Of a DNA stretch of 64,000 bases, positions 28,443 through 38,319 are shown in pieces. Made by a program: the position numbers and the translations under genes. Numbering within the stretch: position 1 is the first letter of the stretch; the number at the start of each line of letters is the position of its first letter. The notes under the pieces are model-generated. The model had not been told where the DNA came from, ran no database searches, and saw only the letters and a program-made list of their open reading frames with translations. Source of the stretch: an uncultured Oscillospiraceae bacterium (GTDB lineage: Bacteria > Bacillota > Clostridia > UBA1212 > UBA1255); the NCBI GenBank assembly GCA_902472555.1, contig CABROF010000002.1:28404-92403 (forward strand). The letters run 5' to 3'.

Positions 28443-29549
28443 CTATCCCAGTATGATGATATCTCCTTCTGACAGCCCCTCCTTTACCTCAACCTTCAGC
28501 GCAGAGGCCAATCCGGTCTCGATATATACTTCCTTTTTCAGGTTATTGGAGTCCAGCATATAGACAAAGGTTCTGCCGTTATATTGATGGCACGCTGCCA
28601 CAGGAACCTGCAGGCAGTTCAAAGAGGAGGCTTCTACATATGTATACGACACCGCATCGCCCGCCTGAATGTCCCGCGGCGGATCAATCATCTGACAGTA
28701 ATACGTGGCATCTGATACGTAGCTGAGCCCGGTATCATTGATTACAGTGCTCGTACTTACAATCTTTCCCTGAAATTCCGTTTTCGTACCATCGCCGGCA
28801 GTTCTGGTCAAAGTGATCTGTGCCCCGACGCCGAACTGTGAAGGCACTGCCATGGTCGCATCATTTGCCGCCTCCGCATCTTTTGCAATCTCAACATACA
28901 GATATTTCTTATCCTGATTATCAATGGCTACCATGGTTTCTCCGGCTACCACGGTTTTATCGGGATCACTGCCTGCAGAATATGCGGTATTGAGATATAC
29001 CACAACACCGGATTCCTTTGCATACAGGACGGTATTCTCATAAGCAGCTTCCGCAATCTGATAATCCCGTTCCACACTCTGAAAATCCAGTTCATTCAGG
29101 CGATAATCCAATGCACTTCTTGTCCCGGCGTTATATTCTCTCGTATATTGCTCAAATTTGATCTGTTCTCTTTCATAAGCAATTTTGGCTCTGATGTACT
29201 GCTCCTCAAGCTCCGTATTATCCAGTTCCACAAGGATATCGCCCTTTCTGACCGTATCCCCGAGGGTTACATGAAACGCCTTTACCTTTGCTCCCGCGGT
29301 TTCAAAAGCATGCTTTGTATAATATACGGAAGCAACGCGCCCTACGCCGGTGGTTCCCATATACAGGTCGCCGCGTTCCACTTTATATTCGTTATAGGTA
29401 ATCGGCTTCGGTGTCTTTAAAATAGGCGCTGCCCCTTCGTCTTCAGAAGGCAGCAGCGCACAGCCTGCCGCAAGCGCGGCAGTCATGATGACAACAAGCA
29501 AAAGCGCCGAAAATCTCGTACCTTTCTTTCCGTTTTTCATTGGAATCAA
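28443..29549 (-). CDS. HlyD-family / efflux periplasmic adaptor subunit, lipoprotein
   Basis: Signal plus lipobox AAGC; coiled-coil and lipoyl-barrel architecture (biotinyl-lipoyl-like VVYLN...GDIIILG). Confidence 0.7.
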   Translation of the reverse strand: MIPMKNGKKGTRFSALLLVVIMTAALAAGCALLPSEDEGAAPILKTPKPITYNEYKVERGDLYMGTTGVGRVASVYYTKHAFETAGAKVKAFHVTLGDTVRKGDILVELDNTELEEQYIRAKIAYEREQIKFEQYTREYNAGTRSALDYRLNELDFQSVERDYQIAEAAYENTVLYAKESGVVVYLNTAYSAGSDPDKTVVAGETMVAIDNQDKKYLYVEIAKDAEAANDATMAVPSQFGVGAQITLTRTAGDGTKTEFQGKIVSTSTVINDTGLSYVSDATYYCQMIDPPRDIQAGDAVSYTYVEASSLNCLQVPVAACHQYNGRTFVYMLDSNNLKKEVYIETGLASALKVEVKEGLSEGDIIILG

Positions 29550-29555
29550 CCTCCC

Positions 29556-30170
29556 CTACCGATGTCTTGATCTGCGTGCCAAAATATCCGGATTTGCTAC
29601 AGAAAAGCCGAAAAAGCCCAACCACTCGCCTAATTGAAAATATTCTCCGTGGCTGTAAGCCGCCAATTCGGCCTTGGCAAGATCAATATTTCCGTTTTGG
29701 TCCATCAGCCGTTCCGCGACATGTACTTTTTTGATCTCACTGATAAACATATCGTGGGAGCCGAGTTCCACAACCTGACGAACCACACACTCAATATTCA
29801 CGGGACTTTCTCCGATCATGGGAATCGGTGCAAAGCTGCCTTCCGTCTTGCTGAGATTCAATTCCCGGAATTTATCCACATCCCGTCCGGACTTTACACC
29901 GCAATAGTCAGCAGCCTTTACCAATGCCCGAGAAACCAGATTTACCGCAAATATTCCGGATTCTTTGATAATCCCATACGAATGGCGCTCTTTTCTGACA
30001 GATACTGAAAGCATCGGCGGATCGGAATTGATGGTTCCCGCCCAGGCCAATGTAATAATATTTGCCTTCTCCATACTTCCGCAGGAAACCATGACAAGCG
30101 GCACCGGATTCAAAAAGGCCGACGGTTTGCTCATCTCAAATTTCGCAATGTTATGATTCAACGTAATCAC
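29556..30170 (-). CDS. Flavin reductase family protein (FMN-binding split barrel)
   Basis: PVPLVMVSCGS...NIITLAWAGTINSDPPMLSVSVR, typical of the flavin reductase-like domain. Confidence 0.7.
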   Translation of the reverse strand: MITLNHNIAKFEMSKPSAFLNPVPLVMVSCGSMEKANIITLAWAGTINSDPPMLSVSVRKERHSYGIIKESGIFAVNLVSRALVKAADYCGVKSGRDVDKFRELNLSKTEGSFAPIPMIGESPVNIECVVRQVVELGSHDMFISEIKKVHVAERLMDQNGNIDLAKAELAAYSHGEYFQLGEWLGFFGFSVANPDILARRSRHR

Positions 30171-30278
30171 CTCATAATGATATATTCATATTATAATATT
30201 TACGATATGCAAGATATATCGACTTAGGTTAAGAAAATATGAATGAATCATAAAATAGCATGAAAATATATCTGCACA

Positions 30279-30312
30279 TAAAAAAGCTGCCCGACTAAAA
30301 TCGGACAGCTTT
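30279..30312 (-). terminator. Rho-independent terminator at the end of the hydrogenase operon
   Basis: Hairpin gctgcccgact...tcggacagc followed on the minus strand by TTTTTTA. Confidence 0.55.
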
Positions 30313-30340
30313 CCTTTATCAAAATAACTTCATATCAAAA

Positions 30341-32110
30341 TCATTCAACCGGATAATTCTCTCTTGCCTGATAATGCGTATGCAGATCATGATGCGCCTG
30401 GTGACTCCCCGGCTTCCCATAATATTCTTCATACAGCTTCTGAATAAACGGATTGTCATGGGATTTCCGAACCGGAAGCGCACGGTCTTCCTCATAAGTT
30501 GCCTTTGCACGTTCCACACGCAGATCAATCCAGCTCCGGATCGCAGACGGCTGAATCACTTGTCCGCCGCCGTTTACGCAGCCGCCGGGGCAAGCCATAA
30601 TTTCAATGAAATCATAGTCTGCTTCTCCTGCGCGAATTTTATCCAGCAAGGCTCTGGCATTGCCGAGGCCGCTGGCCACCGCCAGACGGATCTCCTTTCC
30701 GGCAACATTGACAGTAGCCTCTTTGATTCCTTCAATACCACGGACAGCGGTATACTCAATTGCTTCCACGGGTGCGGATTCTCCGGTCAAAACATCTGCC
30801 ACGGTACGCAGCGCCGCTTCCATAACGCCTCCTGTTGTGCCGAAAATAACACCGGCACCGGAAGCATTTCCCATGGGATCATCAAAATCAGAGTCCTCAA
30901 GGCTCATAAAATCGATACCAGCCTCTTTGATCATCTGCGCCAGTTCCCGTGTCGTCAGCACTACGTCCACATCCGGATAGCCGGAAGCGCTCATTTCCGG
31001 ACGGTCTGCCTCAAACTTCTTCGCAGTGCAGGGCATCACGGATACCACATAAATATTTGCCGGATCAAGGTTCATCTTTTTCGCATAATACGTCTTCAGC
31101 ACTGCGCCGAACATTTCATGCGGCGATTTGCAGGAAGAAAGGTTCTCCAGAAAGTCCGGATAATTATGCTCGCAGAATTTGATCCATCCCGGGCTGCAGG
31201 ACGTGATCATCGGCAGACTGCCGCCATTGGCAATGCGGTTCAGCAGCTCGGTGCCTTCTTCCATAATCGTCAGATCAGCAGCAGTATCCGTGTCAAATAC
31301 CTTATCCACACCGAGACGCCGGATCGCCGTTACCATCTTTCCCGTAGGCCGGGATCCGATCGGCATACCAAAGGCTTCTCCGATGGAAAACCGCACTGCC
31401 GGTGCTGTCTGCACCACCACATGCTTTTCCGGATTTGAAATCGCTTCCCAAACCTGATCCACACTGCTCTTTTCCGTCAGCGCCCCCACAGGACATACTG
31501 CAATGCACTGGCCGCAGTTGACACAGGGCGTTTCTACCAGGGGTTTATTAAATGCGCAGCCTACCTTCGTGCGGAATCCCCGCTCCAAAGTTTCAATTAC
31601 CCCGACAGTCTGCACTTTTTTGCAAACGCTCACGCATCTGCGGCATAAAATGCATTTGTTCGGATTGCGTACAATTGACGGAGATAAATCATCGATGGGC
31701 TGCAGTGCGTGCTGCCCGGACAAATCCTTAAAGCGGATTTCCGTTACATTTAAGTCCTTGGCCAGCTTCTGCAGCTCACAGTTTTCAGAACGTACACAGG
31801 TAAGACAGTTTCTGTCATGGTTGGACAGAATCAGCTCCAACGTCACCTTGCGCGCTTTTCTAACCTTCTCGGAATTTGTAATAACCGCAAGGCCTTCGGA
31901 TACGGGGTACACACATGCAGCCTGCAGCGCTCTTGCACCTTTGATCTCCACGACGCACATCCGGCAGGCACCGATCTCATTAATATCTTTCAGAAAACAG
32001 AGTGTCGGTATTTTGATATTTGCCTTCCTGGCCGCTTCCAGAATCGTAATTCCCTCCGGAACCTCCAGGGCGACACCATCTATTGTAATATTGACCATCT
32101 TCATGACCAT
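30341..32110 (-). CDS. hydA: [FeFe]-hydrogenase catalytic subunit, NADH-dependent HydA type
   Basis: N-terminal 2Fe-2S (MVNITIDGV..CRMCVVE), two 4Fe-4S ferredoxin motifs and H-cluster motifs (TSCSPGW-like, MPCTAKKFE, IEIMACPGGCVNGGGQ). Confidence 0.9.
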   Translation of the reverse strand: MVMKMVNITIDGVALEVPEGITILEAARKANIKIPTLCFLKDINEIGACRMCVVEIKGARALQAACVYPVSEGLAVITNSEKVRKARKVTLELILSNHDRNCLTCVRSENCELQKLAKDLNVTEIRFKDLSGQHALQPIDDLSPSIVRNPNKCILCRRCVSVCKKVQTVGVIETLERGFRTKVGCAFNKPLVETPCVNCGQCIAVCPVGALTEKSSVDQVWEAISNPEKHVVVQTAPAVRFSIGEAFGMPIGSRPTGKMVTAIRRLGVDKVFDTDTAADLTIMEEGTELLNRIANGGSLPMITSCSPGWIKFCEHNYPDFLENLSSCKSPHEMFGAVLKTYYAKKMNLDPANIYVVSVMPCTAKKFEADRPEMSASGYPDVDVVLTTRELAQMIKEAGIDFMSLEDSDFDDPMGNASGAGVIFGTTGGVMEAALRTVADVLTGESAPVEAIEYTAVRGIEGIKEATVNVAGKEIRLAVASGLGNARALLDKIRAGEADYDFIEIMACPGGCVNGGGQVIQPSAIRSWIDLRVERAKATYEEDRALPVRKSHDNPFIQKLYEEYYGKPGSHQAHHDLHTHYQARENYPVE

Positions 32111-32117
32111 CTTCCTC

Positions 32118-33908
32118 CTATTCTTTCACAACCGCACCGAATTTACACTTATCCATGCAGGCGCCGCATTTGATGCATTTGCTTTGATCAATGACAAACG
32201 GTTTCTTCACCTCGCCGCTGATACAGCCAACCGGGCAATTCTTGGCACAAAGGCTGCAGCCTCTGCACTTATCCGGAAGTATTTTATACTGCATCAAAGC
32301 CTTGCATACGCCGGCAGGACATTTCCGGTCAACGACGTGGGCGATATATTCATCTTTAAAATACCGCAGCGTACTGAGGACCGGATTCGGCGCAGTCTGA
32401 CCGAGTCCGCAGAGTGCGGAATTCTTGATCGCAGCCGCCAAATCATACAAATCATCAATATCAGACAATTCGCCCTTTCCGCTTGTAATTTTGTTAAGAA
32501 TATCATACATGCGCTTGGTTCCGATTCGGCACGGAGGACATTTGCCGCAGGACTCTTCAACCGTAAATTCAAGGAAGAATTTTGCAATGTCAACCATACA
32601 GGTATCTTCATCCATAATAATCAATCCGCCGGAGCCCATCATGGAGCCGATCTCGATCAAGGTATCATATTCAATCGGCGTATCAATCAAATGCGCGGGA
32701 ATGCATCCGCCGGAGGGTCCGCCGGTTTGCGCTGCTTTGAATTTCTTTCCGTTCGGAATACCGCCGCCGATATCATATACGACTTCGCGCAATGTGGTCC
32801 CCATCGGAATTTCCACCAGCCCGGTATTTTTGATTTTTCCGCCGACTGCAAATACTTTCGTTCCTTTGCTGCGTTCGGACCCGATGGAAGCAAACCAATC
32901 TGCGCCGTTCAGAATAATCTGCGGAACATTGGCATAGGTTTCCACGTTATTTAAAATCGTCGGTTTTTGGAACAATCCTTTCACCGCAGGGAACGGCGGT
33001 CTCGGTCTCGGTTCTCCCCGATGGCCTTCGATACTGGTCATCAACGCAGTCTCCTCACCGCACACAAACGCGCCGGCGCCTAAACGGATTTCTACGTCAA
33101 AAGAAAAGTCCGTACCGAAAATATTCTTTCCGAGCAGCCCGTATTCTTTTGCCTGGGCAATTGCAATCTGCAGCCGATGCACGGCAATCGGATATTCCGC
33201 TCTTACATAAATATAACCTTGGTTGGATCCGATCGCATATCCTGCAATTGCCATTGCCTCCAGAACAACATGGGGGTCGCCCTCCAGAACGCTCCGGTCC
33301 ATAAATGCGCCGGGGTCCCCTTCATCCGCATTGCAGCAGACATATTTTTGATCAGAGACGCTTCTGCGGGCAAAATCCCATTTTCTTCCCGTTGGGAAGC
33401 CCGCACCGCCGCGGCCCCGCAATCCGGACTTCAGCATGACATCAATAACCTCTTCCGGCGTCATCTCCGTTATCACTTTTCCTAACGCCGCATATCCGTC
33501 ATACGCAATATATTCGTCAATATTTTCGGGATTGATTCTGCCGCAGTTGCGCAGCGCAATCCGCATTTGCTTTTTAAAGAAATCCGTATCCTCCGCATCT
33601 GCGTTGGCAGCCGCTTCATGCGCTCCTTCCAACAGACGTTTTACAATACGCCCCTTGAGTAAATGCTCATATACGATTTCCTTGACATCCTCTTTCGTTA
33701 CACGGCAGTACATGGAACCTTCCGGATAAACGACCACAATGGGGCCTTCGGCGCACAAGCCGAAGCATCCCGTCTTTACCATCTTGATCTCGTTTTCCAA
33801 GCCGGCTTCTGCTATGTACTTTTCAAACTCCTGAAACAAGATCTGGGAGCCTGATGAAGTACATCCCGTTCCGCCGCAAACCAGTACATGCGCTCTGTAT
33901 ATCTGCAT
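32118..33908 (-). CDS. hydB: NADH-binding hydrogenase subunit, NuoF-like (51 kDa, FMN/4Fe-4S)
   Basis: GRGGAGFPTGRKW FMN site, NuoF soluble-ligand-binding and 4Fe-4S motifs, C-terminal 2x[4Fe-4S] ferredoxin. Confidence 0.9.
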   Translation of the reverse strand: MQIYRAHVLVCGGTGCTSSGSQILFQEFEKYIAEAGLENEIKMVKTGCFGLCAEGPIVVVYPEGSMYCRVTKEDVKEIVYEHLLKGRIVKRLLEGAHEAAANADAEDTDFFKKQMRIALRNCGRINPENIDEYIAYDGYAALGKVITEMTPEEVIDVMLKSGLRGRGGAGFPTGRKWDFARRSVSDQKYVCCNADEGDPGAFMDRSVLEGDPHVVLEAMAIAGYAIGSNQGYIYVRAEYPIAVHRLQIAIAQAKEYGLLGKNIFGTDFSFDVEIRLGAGAFVCGEETALMTSIEGHRGEPRPRPPFPAVKGLFQKPTILNNVETYANVPQIILNGADWFASIGSERSKGTKVFAVGGKIKNTGLVEIPMGTTLREVVYDIGGGIPNGKKFKAAQTGGPSGGCIPAHLIDTPIEYDTLIEIGSMMGSGGLIIMDEDTCMVDIAKFFLEFTVEESCGKCPPCRIGTKRMYDILNKITSGKGELSDIDDLYDLAAAIKNSALCGLGQTAPNPVLSTLRYFKDEYIAHVVDRKCPAGVCKALMQYKILPDKCRGCSLCAKNCPVGCISGEVKKPFVIDQSKCIKCGACMDKCKFGAVVKE

Positions 33909-33925
33909 GGTATTTCCTCCTCTAA

Positions 33926-34294
33926 TCAGTCATTTACGGCGCCGATCGTATATTCTGTTACGACTCTGCCATTTACAATGTGATCTGTCACGACCTTGAC
34001 AGCTTTTTCTGCATTCATTTTCACATAGGTTACTTTGTTGCCTTCCTGATCGATCACTTCGACGATGGGCTCAAGTCTGCACATCCCGATGCAGCCGGTC
34101 ATGGAAACCGTTGCATTGCTGATATTCCGCTTGGCAAGCTCCTCAACAAACGTATTCATAACAGGACGCGCACCAGCGGCAATTCCGCAGGTCGCCATAC
34201 CAACTACGATCCGCAGGCCATCCTGTGAATTTCTCAGATTTATATCAGCTTTGGCCTTTTCCTTCAGGGCTTTCAGTTCTTCCAATGATTTCAT
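33926..34294 (-). CDS. Thioredoxin-like [2Fe-2S] ferredoxin (HndB-like)
   Basis: 122 aa; CGIAAGARP...CIGMC spacing typical of NuoE-like thioredoxin-fold Fdx. Confidence 0.7.
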   Translation of the reverse strand: MKSLEELKALKEKAKADINLRNSQDGLRIVVGMATCGIAAGARPVMNTFVEELAKRNISNATVSMTGCIGMCRLEPIVEVIDQEGNKVTYVKMNAEKAVKVVTDHIVNGRVVTEYTIGAVND

Positions 34295-34847
34295 TTAAAA
34301 CACCTCCGAAAATATTTGTTACCTCTTCATCGATACTTTCCTTTATCCATACCATAATATCGTATTCCGTAATCGGAACATCTCCAAGCTCTCTTTTTAC
34401 CTCACGCGTATCGAAAACAAACGACTTCTTACCGGCTGACAGGGTAAGCACAAAATCAATCTTCGGACTTCCCATAATCAGATACCGTACGCTGTCCCCC
34501 ACATCCCCTAAGGGCAGACGGTCAATATGACTGATACAAAACTGTCCTATAATCGTAGTGCCTTTTCCCGGCTCAGACCAAAGCTCAATCCCGCCGTCCG
34601 CTTGTTCGCAGGCCAGTTTAAAGAAAGGAATTCCCATGCCGACCTTTCTTGTCGTACGGCTGGTGGTAAAGGGATCCGCCACATTTGCCAAAAATTCCGC
34701 GCTCATCCCGCAGCCGTTGTCCGAAATGATGACACGGAGCAAATCGGCATCAGGCTCTGCTTCAATCGCAACCGAAACAAGCGCCGCACCGGCAGATACG
34801 GAGTTTTGTACCAGATCCATGATATGCAGCGAGATATCTCTTAACAT
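34245..34847 (-). CDS. HATPase_c histidine-kinase-like ATPase (anti-sigma-factor-type serine kinase fold) inside the hydrogenase operon
   Basis: N-box/G-box: HIMDLVQNSVSAGA...ISDNGCGMS...GMGIPF. Confidence 0.7.
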   Translation of the reverse strand: MLRDISLHIMDLVQNSVSAGAALVSVAIEAEPDADLLRVIISDNGCGMSAEFLANVADPFTTSRTTRKVGMGIPFFKLACEQADGGIELWSEPGKGTTIIGQFCISHIDRLPLGDVGDSVRYLIMGSPKIDFVLTLSAGKKSFVFDTREVKRELGDVPITEYDIMVWIKESIDEEVTNIFGGVLNEIIGRTESPEGKGQS

Positions 34848-34849
34848 GA

Positions 34850-35338
34850 TTATTCCTTATATTTGGCCAAGATCCCCGGTACCTCATCCGGAACCAGACG
34901 ACCGTAAACATCGTCATTAATCGTGAAAACCGGTGCTAACCCGCACGCGCCGATGCATCTGCACGCTTCCAAGGAAAATCTTCCGTCCTCCGTACTGTCT
35001 CCGACCTGCAGATTCAGCTCCTCCTTGAGTTTGTCCAATACAAGATCCGCGCCTTTTACATAACACGCGGTTCCAAGACATACGGAAATTTTATATGCAC
35101 CCTTCGGTTTCAGCGAAAATTGGGTATAAAACGTAACGACACCGTAAATTTCCGCTAAAGGGATCTTCATCTCTTCTGAAATCACTTTTTGAACAGGAAG
35201 CGGCAAATAACCGTATATTTCCTGAGCCTCATGCAGTACCTGAATCAGTGCGCCGGGCTTATCTTTGTTGCTGTTAATTACTTCTATCAGCTTGTCGTGC
35301 TTTTCGTCGGCACAACAGCCTCCACATCCGTTTTCCAT
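34850..35338 (-). CDS. hydC: NuoE-like [2Fe-2S] hydrogenase subunit
   Basis: CLGTACYVKG...CRCIGACGLAP 24-kDa subunit motif. Confidence 0.85.
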   Translation of the reverse strand: MENGCGGCCADEKHDKLIEVINSNKDKPGALIQVLHEAQEIYGYLPLPVQKVISEEMKIPLAEIYGVVTFYTQFSLKPKGAYKISVCLGTACYVKGADLVLDKLKEELNLQVGDSTEDGRFSLEACRCIGACGLAPVFTINDDVYGRLVPDEVPGILAKYKE

Positions 35339-35366
35339 CCTGAGATAACCTCCTATTCAATTTATA

Positions 35367-35381
35367 AAGGGATGTAACACA
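35367..35381 (-). promoter_or_regulatory. Small hairpin (ggatgt-aac-acatcc) in the 120-nt PHP/nuoE spacer; possible internal attenuator
   Basis: Perfect 6-bp stem with T-rich flank on the minus strand; separates the regulatory genes from hydCBA. Confidence 0.25.
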
Positions 35382-35458
35382 TCCTTTCAATTATATCATC
35401 GCCCCTATCGCAAATCAATCAACTTTTTAAATAATTTGCAATATTTCTTTAAATTTTG

Positions 35459-36229
35459 TTACGAAACGATTCTTCCTTTTTTCAGTGCCTCCACCACCCC
35501 CGCGGCGGAAAGTGTCTCCACTTCTATAAACGTAACGGCTTCCTGTATTTTATCGATATAATGCGCATCAGAAGCCCGAAGCAGCCGGTATTGCTCCAGC
35601 AACGGATATTGTAGCAAAAGCTGCTCCACAGTACAATCGCAAGATATTTCCACAAAAGGCAGCGCATAGCCGTAGGGCAGCGTACCGAAGCTGGTAAGCA
35701 CGCTGTAAGAATCTCGGTCTACATGGGCCGGATACGCAATGCCGTCCAGCCGGTCTGCAATAGAAAACACATCGTCAATCGAAATGCCGGTAGGAGACAG
35801 AAGCATATGGGAAAGAGCGCCTGTCGGCTCGTCATTTTCATTAAAAATCAGCTGATCACCAAAAATTTCCGGCCGATTCTCAGCCGGTACGTATGATTCA
35901 TCTACTATTTTTTGAAACGCCTCCAGCGCTTCGATCGTTTTAAACAAACAAACCACATGGATTTCCTCTACGGATTCCAGCTCCATTCCAGGGACGACGA
36001 CTACGCCCATTGCTTTTCCGATTGCAACAGCCGCACGTACATTTTGACTGCTGTTATGATCCGTAACTGCGATCGCATGCAAACCGTTGATGGCTGCCAT
36101 GCCTACGATATTGCCCGGCGTCATCATTTCATCACCGCACGGCGACAGCGCGGAATGCATATGCAGATCCACTGCAGCTCTGATCAATGTACTGTGTCCT
36201 CGTTCCATAAATACATCATTTATCCTCAA
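35459..36229 (-). CDS. PHP domain phosphoesterase
   Basis: VDLHMHSALSPCGD...AIAVTDHNS PHP motifs. Confidence 0.75.
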   Translation of the reverse strand: MRINDVFMERGHSTLIRAAVDLHMHSALSPCGDEMMTPGNIVGMAAINGLHAIAVTDHNSSQNVRAAVAIGKAMGVVVVPGMELESVEEIHVVCLFKTIEALEAFQKIVDESYVPAENRPEIFGDQLIFNENDEPTGALSHMLLSPTGISIDDVFSIADRLDGIAYPAHVDRDSYSVLTSFGTLPYGYALPFVEISCDCTVEQLLLQYPLLEQYRLLRASDAHYIDKIQEAVTFIEVETLSAAGVVEALKKGRIVS

Positions 36230-36548
36230 GCAGACGATTTACTTTAATAATCACTTCAGCAGCGGTCATTTCCGTGGACAGCAGCGTCACTTCTTTTTGA
36301 TCGGCCCGTTCAATCAGGCCGTCGTACACCTCGACATTTTCCGGAATTACGACGCAGCCGACATCCGCAAGAGAGGCAACCGCAATTACATTAATGTTAT
36401 TCATAACCGTTACCCAGAGGTCTCCCGGCGCGGCATGGGAAATCACCCAGCTCAGCAGGTCGCAGGTATAGACGCCGCTGATTTCTCTGTCCGGATCGCC
36501 GGACAGCAGCTTCATATCCAGCCTGTTTGCAATTTCAGATACTTTCAT
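36216..36548 (-). CDS. DRTGG domain-containing protein
   Basis: 110 aa with the AVASLADVGCVVI DRTGG-like core. Confidence 0.65.
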   Translation of the reverse strand: MKVSEIANRLDMKLLSGDPDREISGVYTCDLLSWVISHAAPGDLWVTVMNNINVIAVASLADVGCVVIPENVEVYDGLIERADQKEVTLLSTEMTAAEVIIKVNRLLEDK

Positions 36549-37873
36549 GTGTTTGAATCCTCCCTATCCATAACCGGGGGCATCATCCCCTCCAGCACAA
36601 TCATCTGCTGTGCCAGTTCTCTGACTTTTTCACGTAATATAAAAATACAATCCGTAGTGCTTGCATAGCCCCGCACCACGTCCTCCGCCAGCGCTCTGCA
36701 GCTCGGCGCGCCGCAGGCGCCGCAGTCAAGTGCCGGCAGCTGTTCATAAATTTCGTTCATATTCCGCAGCTTTTTCATCGCCTCGGTGATATCGCTGTCC
36801 AATGTCGTAACATCCCGGTGGGTCGGCACCACCTCCCATGCATTTTCCTGAAGCTCTGTATCCGATACCGGGTACAGCATCCGCGGCGTCATATTGATAT
36901 ACCGCCGATTTCTGGTTTTGGCCACATACAGATTCTCCACTGTAAGCGGGCCGCCCAGGCAGCCTCCTGTGCACGCAGAAGCCTCGATAAAATCAACATC
37001 CTCTATTTTATCGTTTTCCAGCTCATCAAAAATATGTACAACATTCTGGATCCCGTCGACGGAAAGCACCTTATCTGTCTTCAGCGCCAGCGCCTCCCCG
37101 CCCGTAGAAGCCCATCGAATCCCCTTATGACCAGCCTGAAGAAAATTCTCCACTTCCTTGTCCTTCATTTTGGACAGCAGCTTCAGCAGCTTAAAATAAA
37201 TGGTCTTAATGGAAAACACGCCATCCACATTAGACCTTTTCAATTCAATCGGCGCCCGGACGCTCGTCATCTTCGCGGCACAGGGCGATATAAAAAACAC
37301 GCCTACATCCTCCGGCGCAACATGATTGGCCTCGCAGAACTCTCTCCGGGCGTTCATAGCGGAAATCTCCATAGGAGACTTCACCGGTACTAAATGCGGA
37401 ATCAGGCTGGGAAACCGCACTTGGATAAGCCGCACCACCGCAGGACAGGCAGACGAAATCAAAGGCAGCTCTGTGTCCGGCTTTTCCATCAGGCGGTCCG
37501 TTGCTTCTGTTACGATTTCCGCGCCTCTCGCCACTTCGTACACATAATCGAAACCCAGCAGTTTTAGTGCATATACGATATGCTCTCTCGTATAATTTTG
37601 ATTGAACTGCATGTACAGCGTAGGCGCCGGCAATGCCACCGTATATTGATAATCGGCTAAAATATCCAGTGAATCCGTATGTGCGACCTTTGCACGATAC
37701 GGACAGATCCGCACGCATTCTCCGCAGTCAATGCAACGCTCATTCATAATCCGCGCTTTGCCTTTTCTGACTCTGATTGCATCCGTGGGACATCGTTTGA
37801 TACAATTTGTACAGCCTTTGCACAGGCGTTCGTCCAGTTCGACAGAATGGAAATAATCAGACATATGTATCAC
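36545..37873 (-). CDS. Sensory-type [FeFe]-hydrogenase-like protein (HydS/HfsB-like) with degenerate H-cluster motifs
   Basis: N-terminal 2x[4Fe-4S] ferredoxin. H-domain carries SSACPAV (TSCCP with the first Cys changed to Ala), FISPCAAKMTS and EASACTGGCLGGP, plus an extra C-terminal CGACGAPSC cluster. Confidence 0.7.
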   Translation of the reverse strand: MIHMSDYFHSVELDERLCKGCTNCIKRCPTDAIRVRKGKARIMNERCIDCGECVRICPYRAKVAHTDSLDILADYQYTVALPAPTLYMQFNQNYTREHIVYALKLLGFDYVYEVARGAEIVTEATDRLMEKPDTELPLISSACPAVVRLIQVRFPSLIPHLVPVKSPMEISAMNARREFCEANHVAPEDVGVFFISPCAAKMTSVRAPIELKRSNVDGVFSIKTIYFKLLKLLSKMKDKEVENFLQAGHKGIRWASTGGEALALKTDKVLSVDGIQNVVHIFDELENDKIEDVDFIEASACTGGCLGGPLTVENLYVAKTRNRRYINMTPRMLYPVSDTELQENAWEVVPTHRDVTTLDSDITEAMKKLRNMNEIYEQLPALDCGACGAPSCRALAEDVVRGYASTTDCIFILREKVRELAQQMIVLEGMMPPVMDREDSNT

Positions 37874-37875
37874 CT

Positions 37876-38319
37876 TTATTGTATGTTTACGATGAGTGTT
37901 ACTGCTGTACCCTTTCCTACCGTACTTTCAATTTTCAGTTCATCCGTATAACGCTTCATATTCGGCAGACCCATTCCTGCCCCGAAACCCAGCTCCCGGA
38001 CGGTTTCCGAGGCAGTAGACCACCCCTCCTGCATTGCCTGGTCAATATTCGGAATGCCTGGTCCGTTGTCAGAGATCACCACAATAATCTTTTCCGGACT
38101 GATTGCAACGTCCGCGGCTCCGCCGCCTGCATGTATCACCGCGTTGATCTCCGCCTCATACATGGCAATCGCAACCCGTTTCACCACATTGGGCGCTACG
38201 CCGAGCCGGTTCAGCGTCTTTTTGACGCCGCTGGAAGCCTCGCCCGCTGCTGAAAAGTCTTCGGCATCTATGTCATAATGCAGTTTTACAACCGCGTCTC
38301 CCGTTTCATTCAATTCCAT
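37876..38319 (-). CDS. HATPase_c serine-kinase-like ATPase (second copy)
   Basis: Start set at MELNETGD (ATG 38319); AEINAVIHAGGG...ISDNGPGIPN...GFGAGMGL motifs. Confidence 0.65.
   Translation of the reverse strand: MELNETGDAVVKLHYDIDAEDFSAAGEASSGVKKTLNRLGVAPNVVKRVAIAMYEAEINAVIHAGGGAADVAISPEKIIVVISDNGPGIPNIDQAMQEGWSTASETVRELGFGAGMGLPNMKRYTDELKIESTVGKGTAVTLIVNIQ

Noticed and set aside
31503-32954. 483-aa + strand ORF
   Set aside because: It lies entirely antisense to hydA and hydB, which have strong motif support. The sequence is low-complexity Ser/Ala/Arg-rich, typical of antisense open frames in GC-rich genes.
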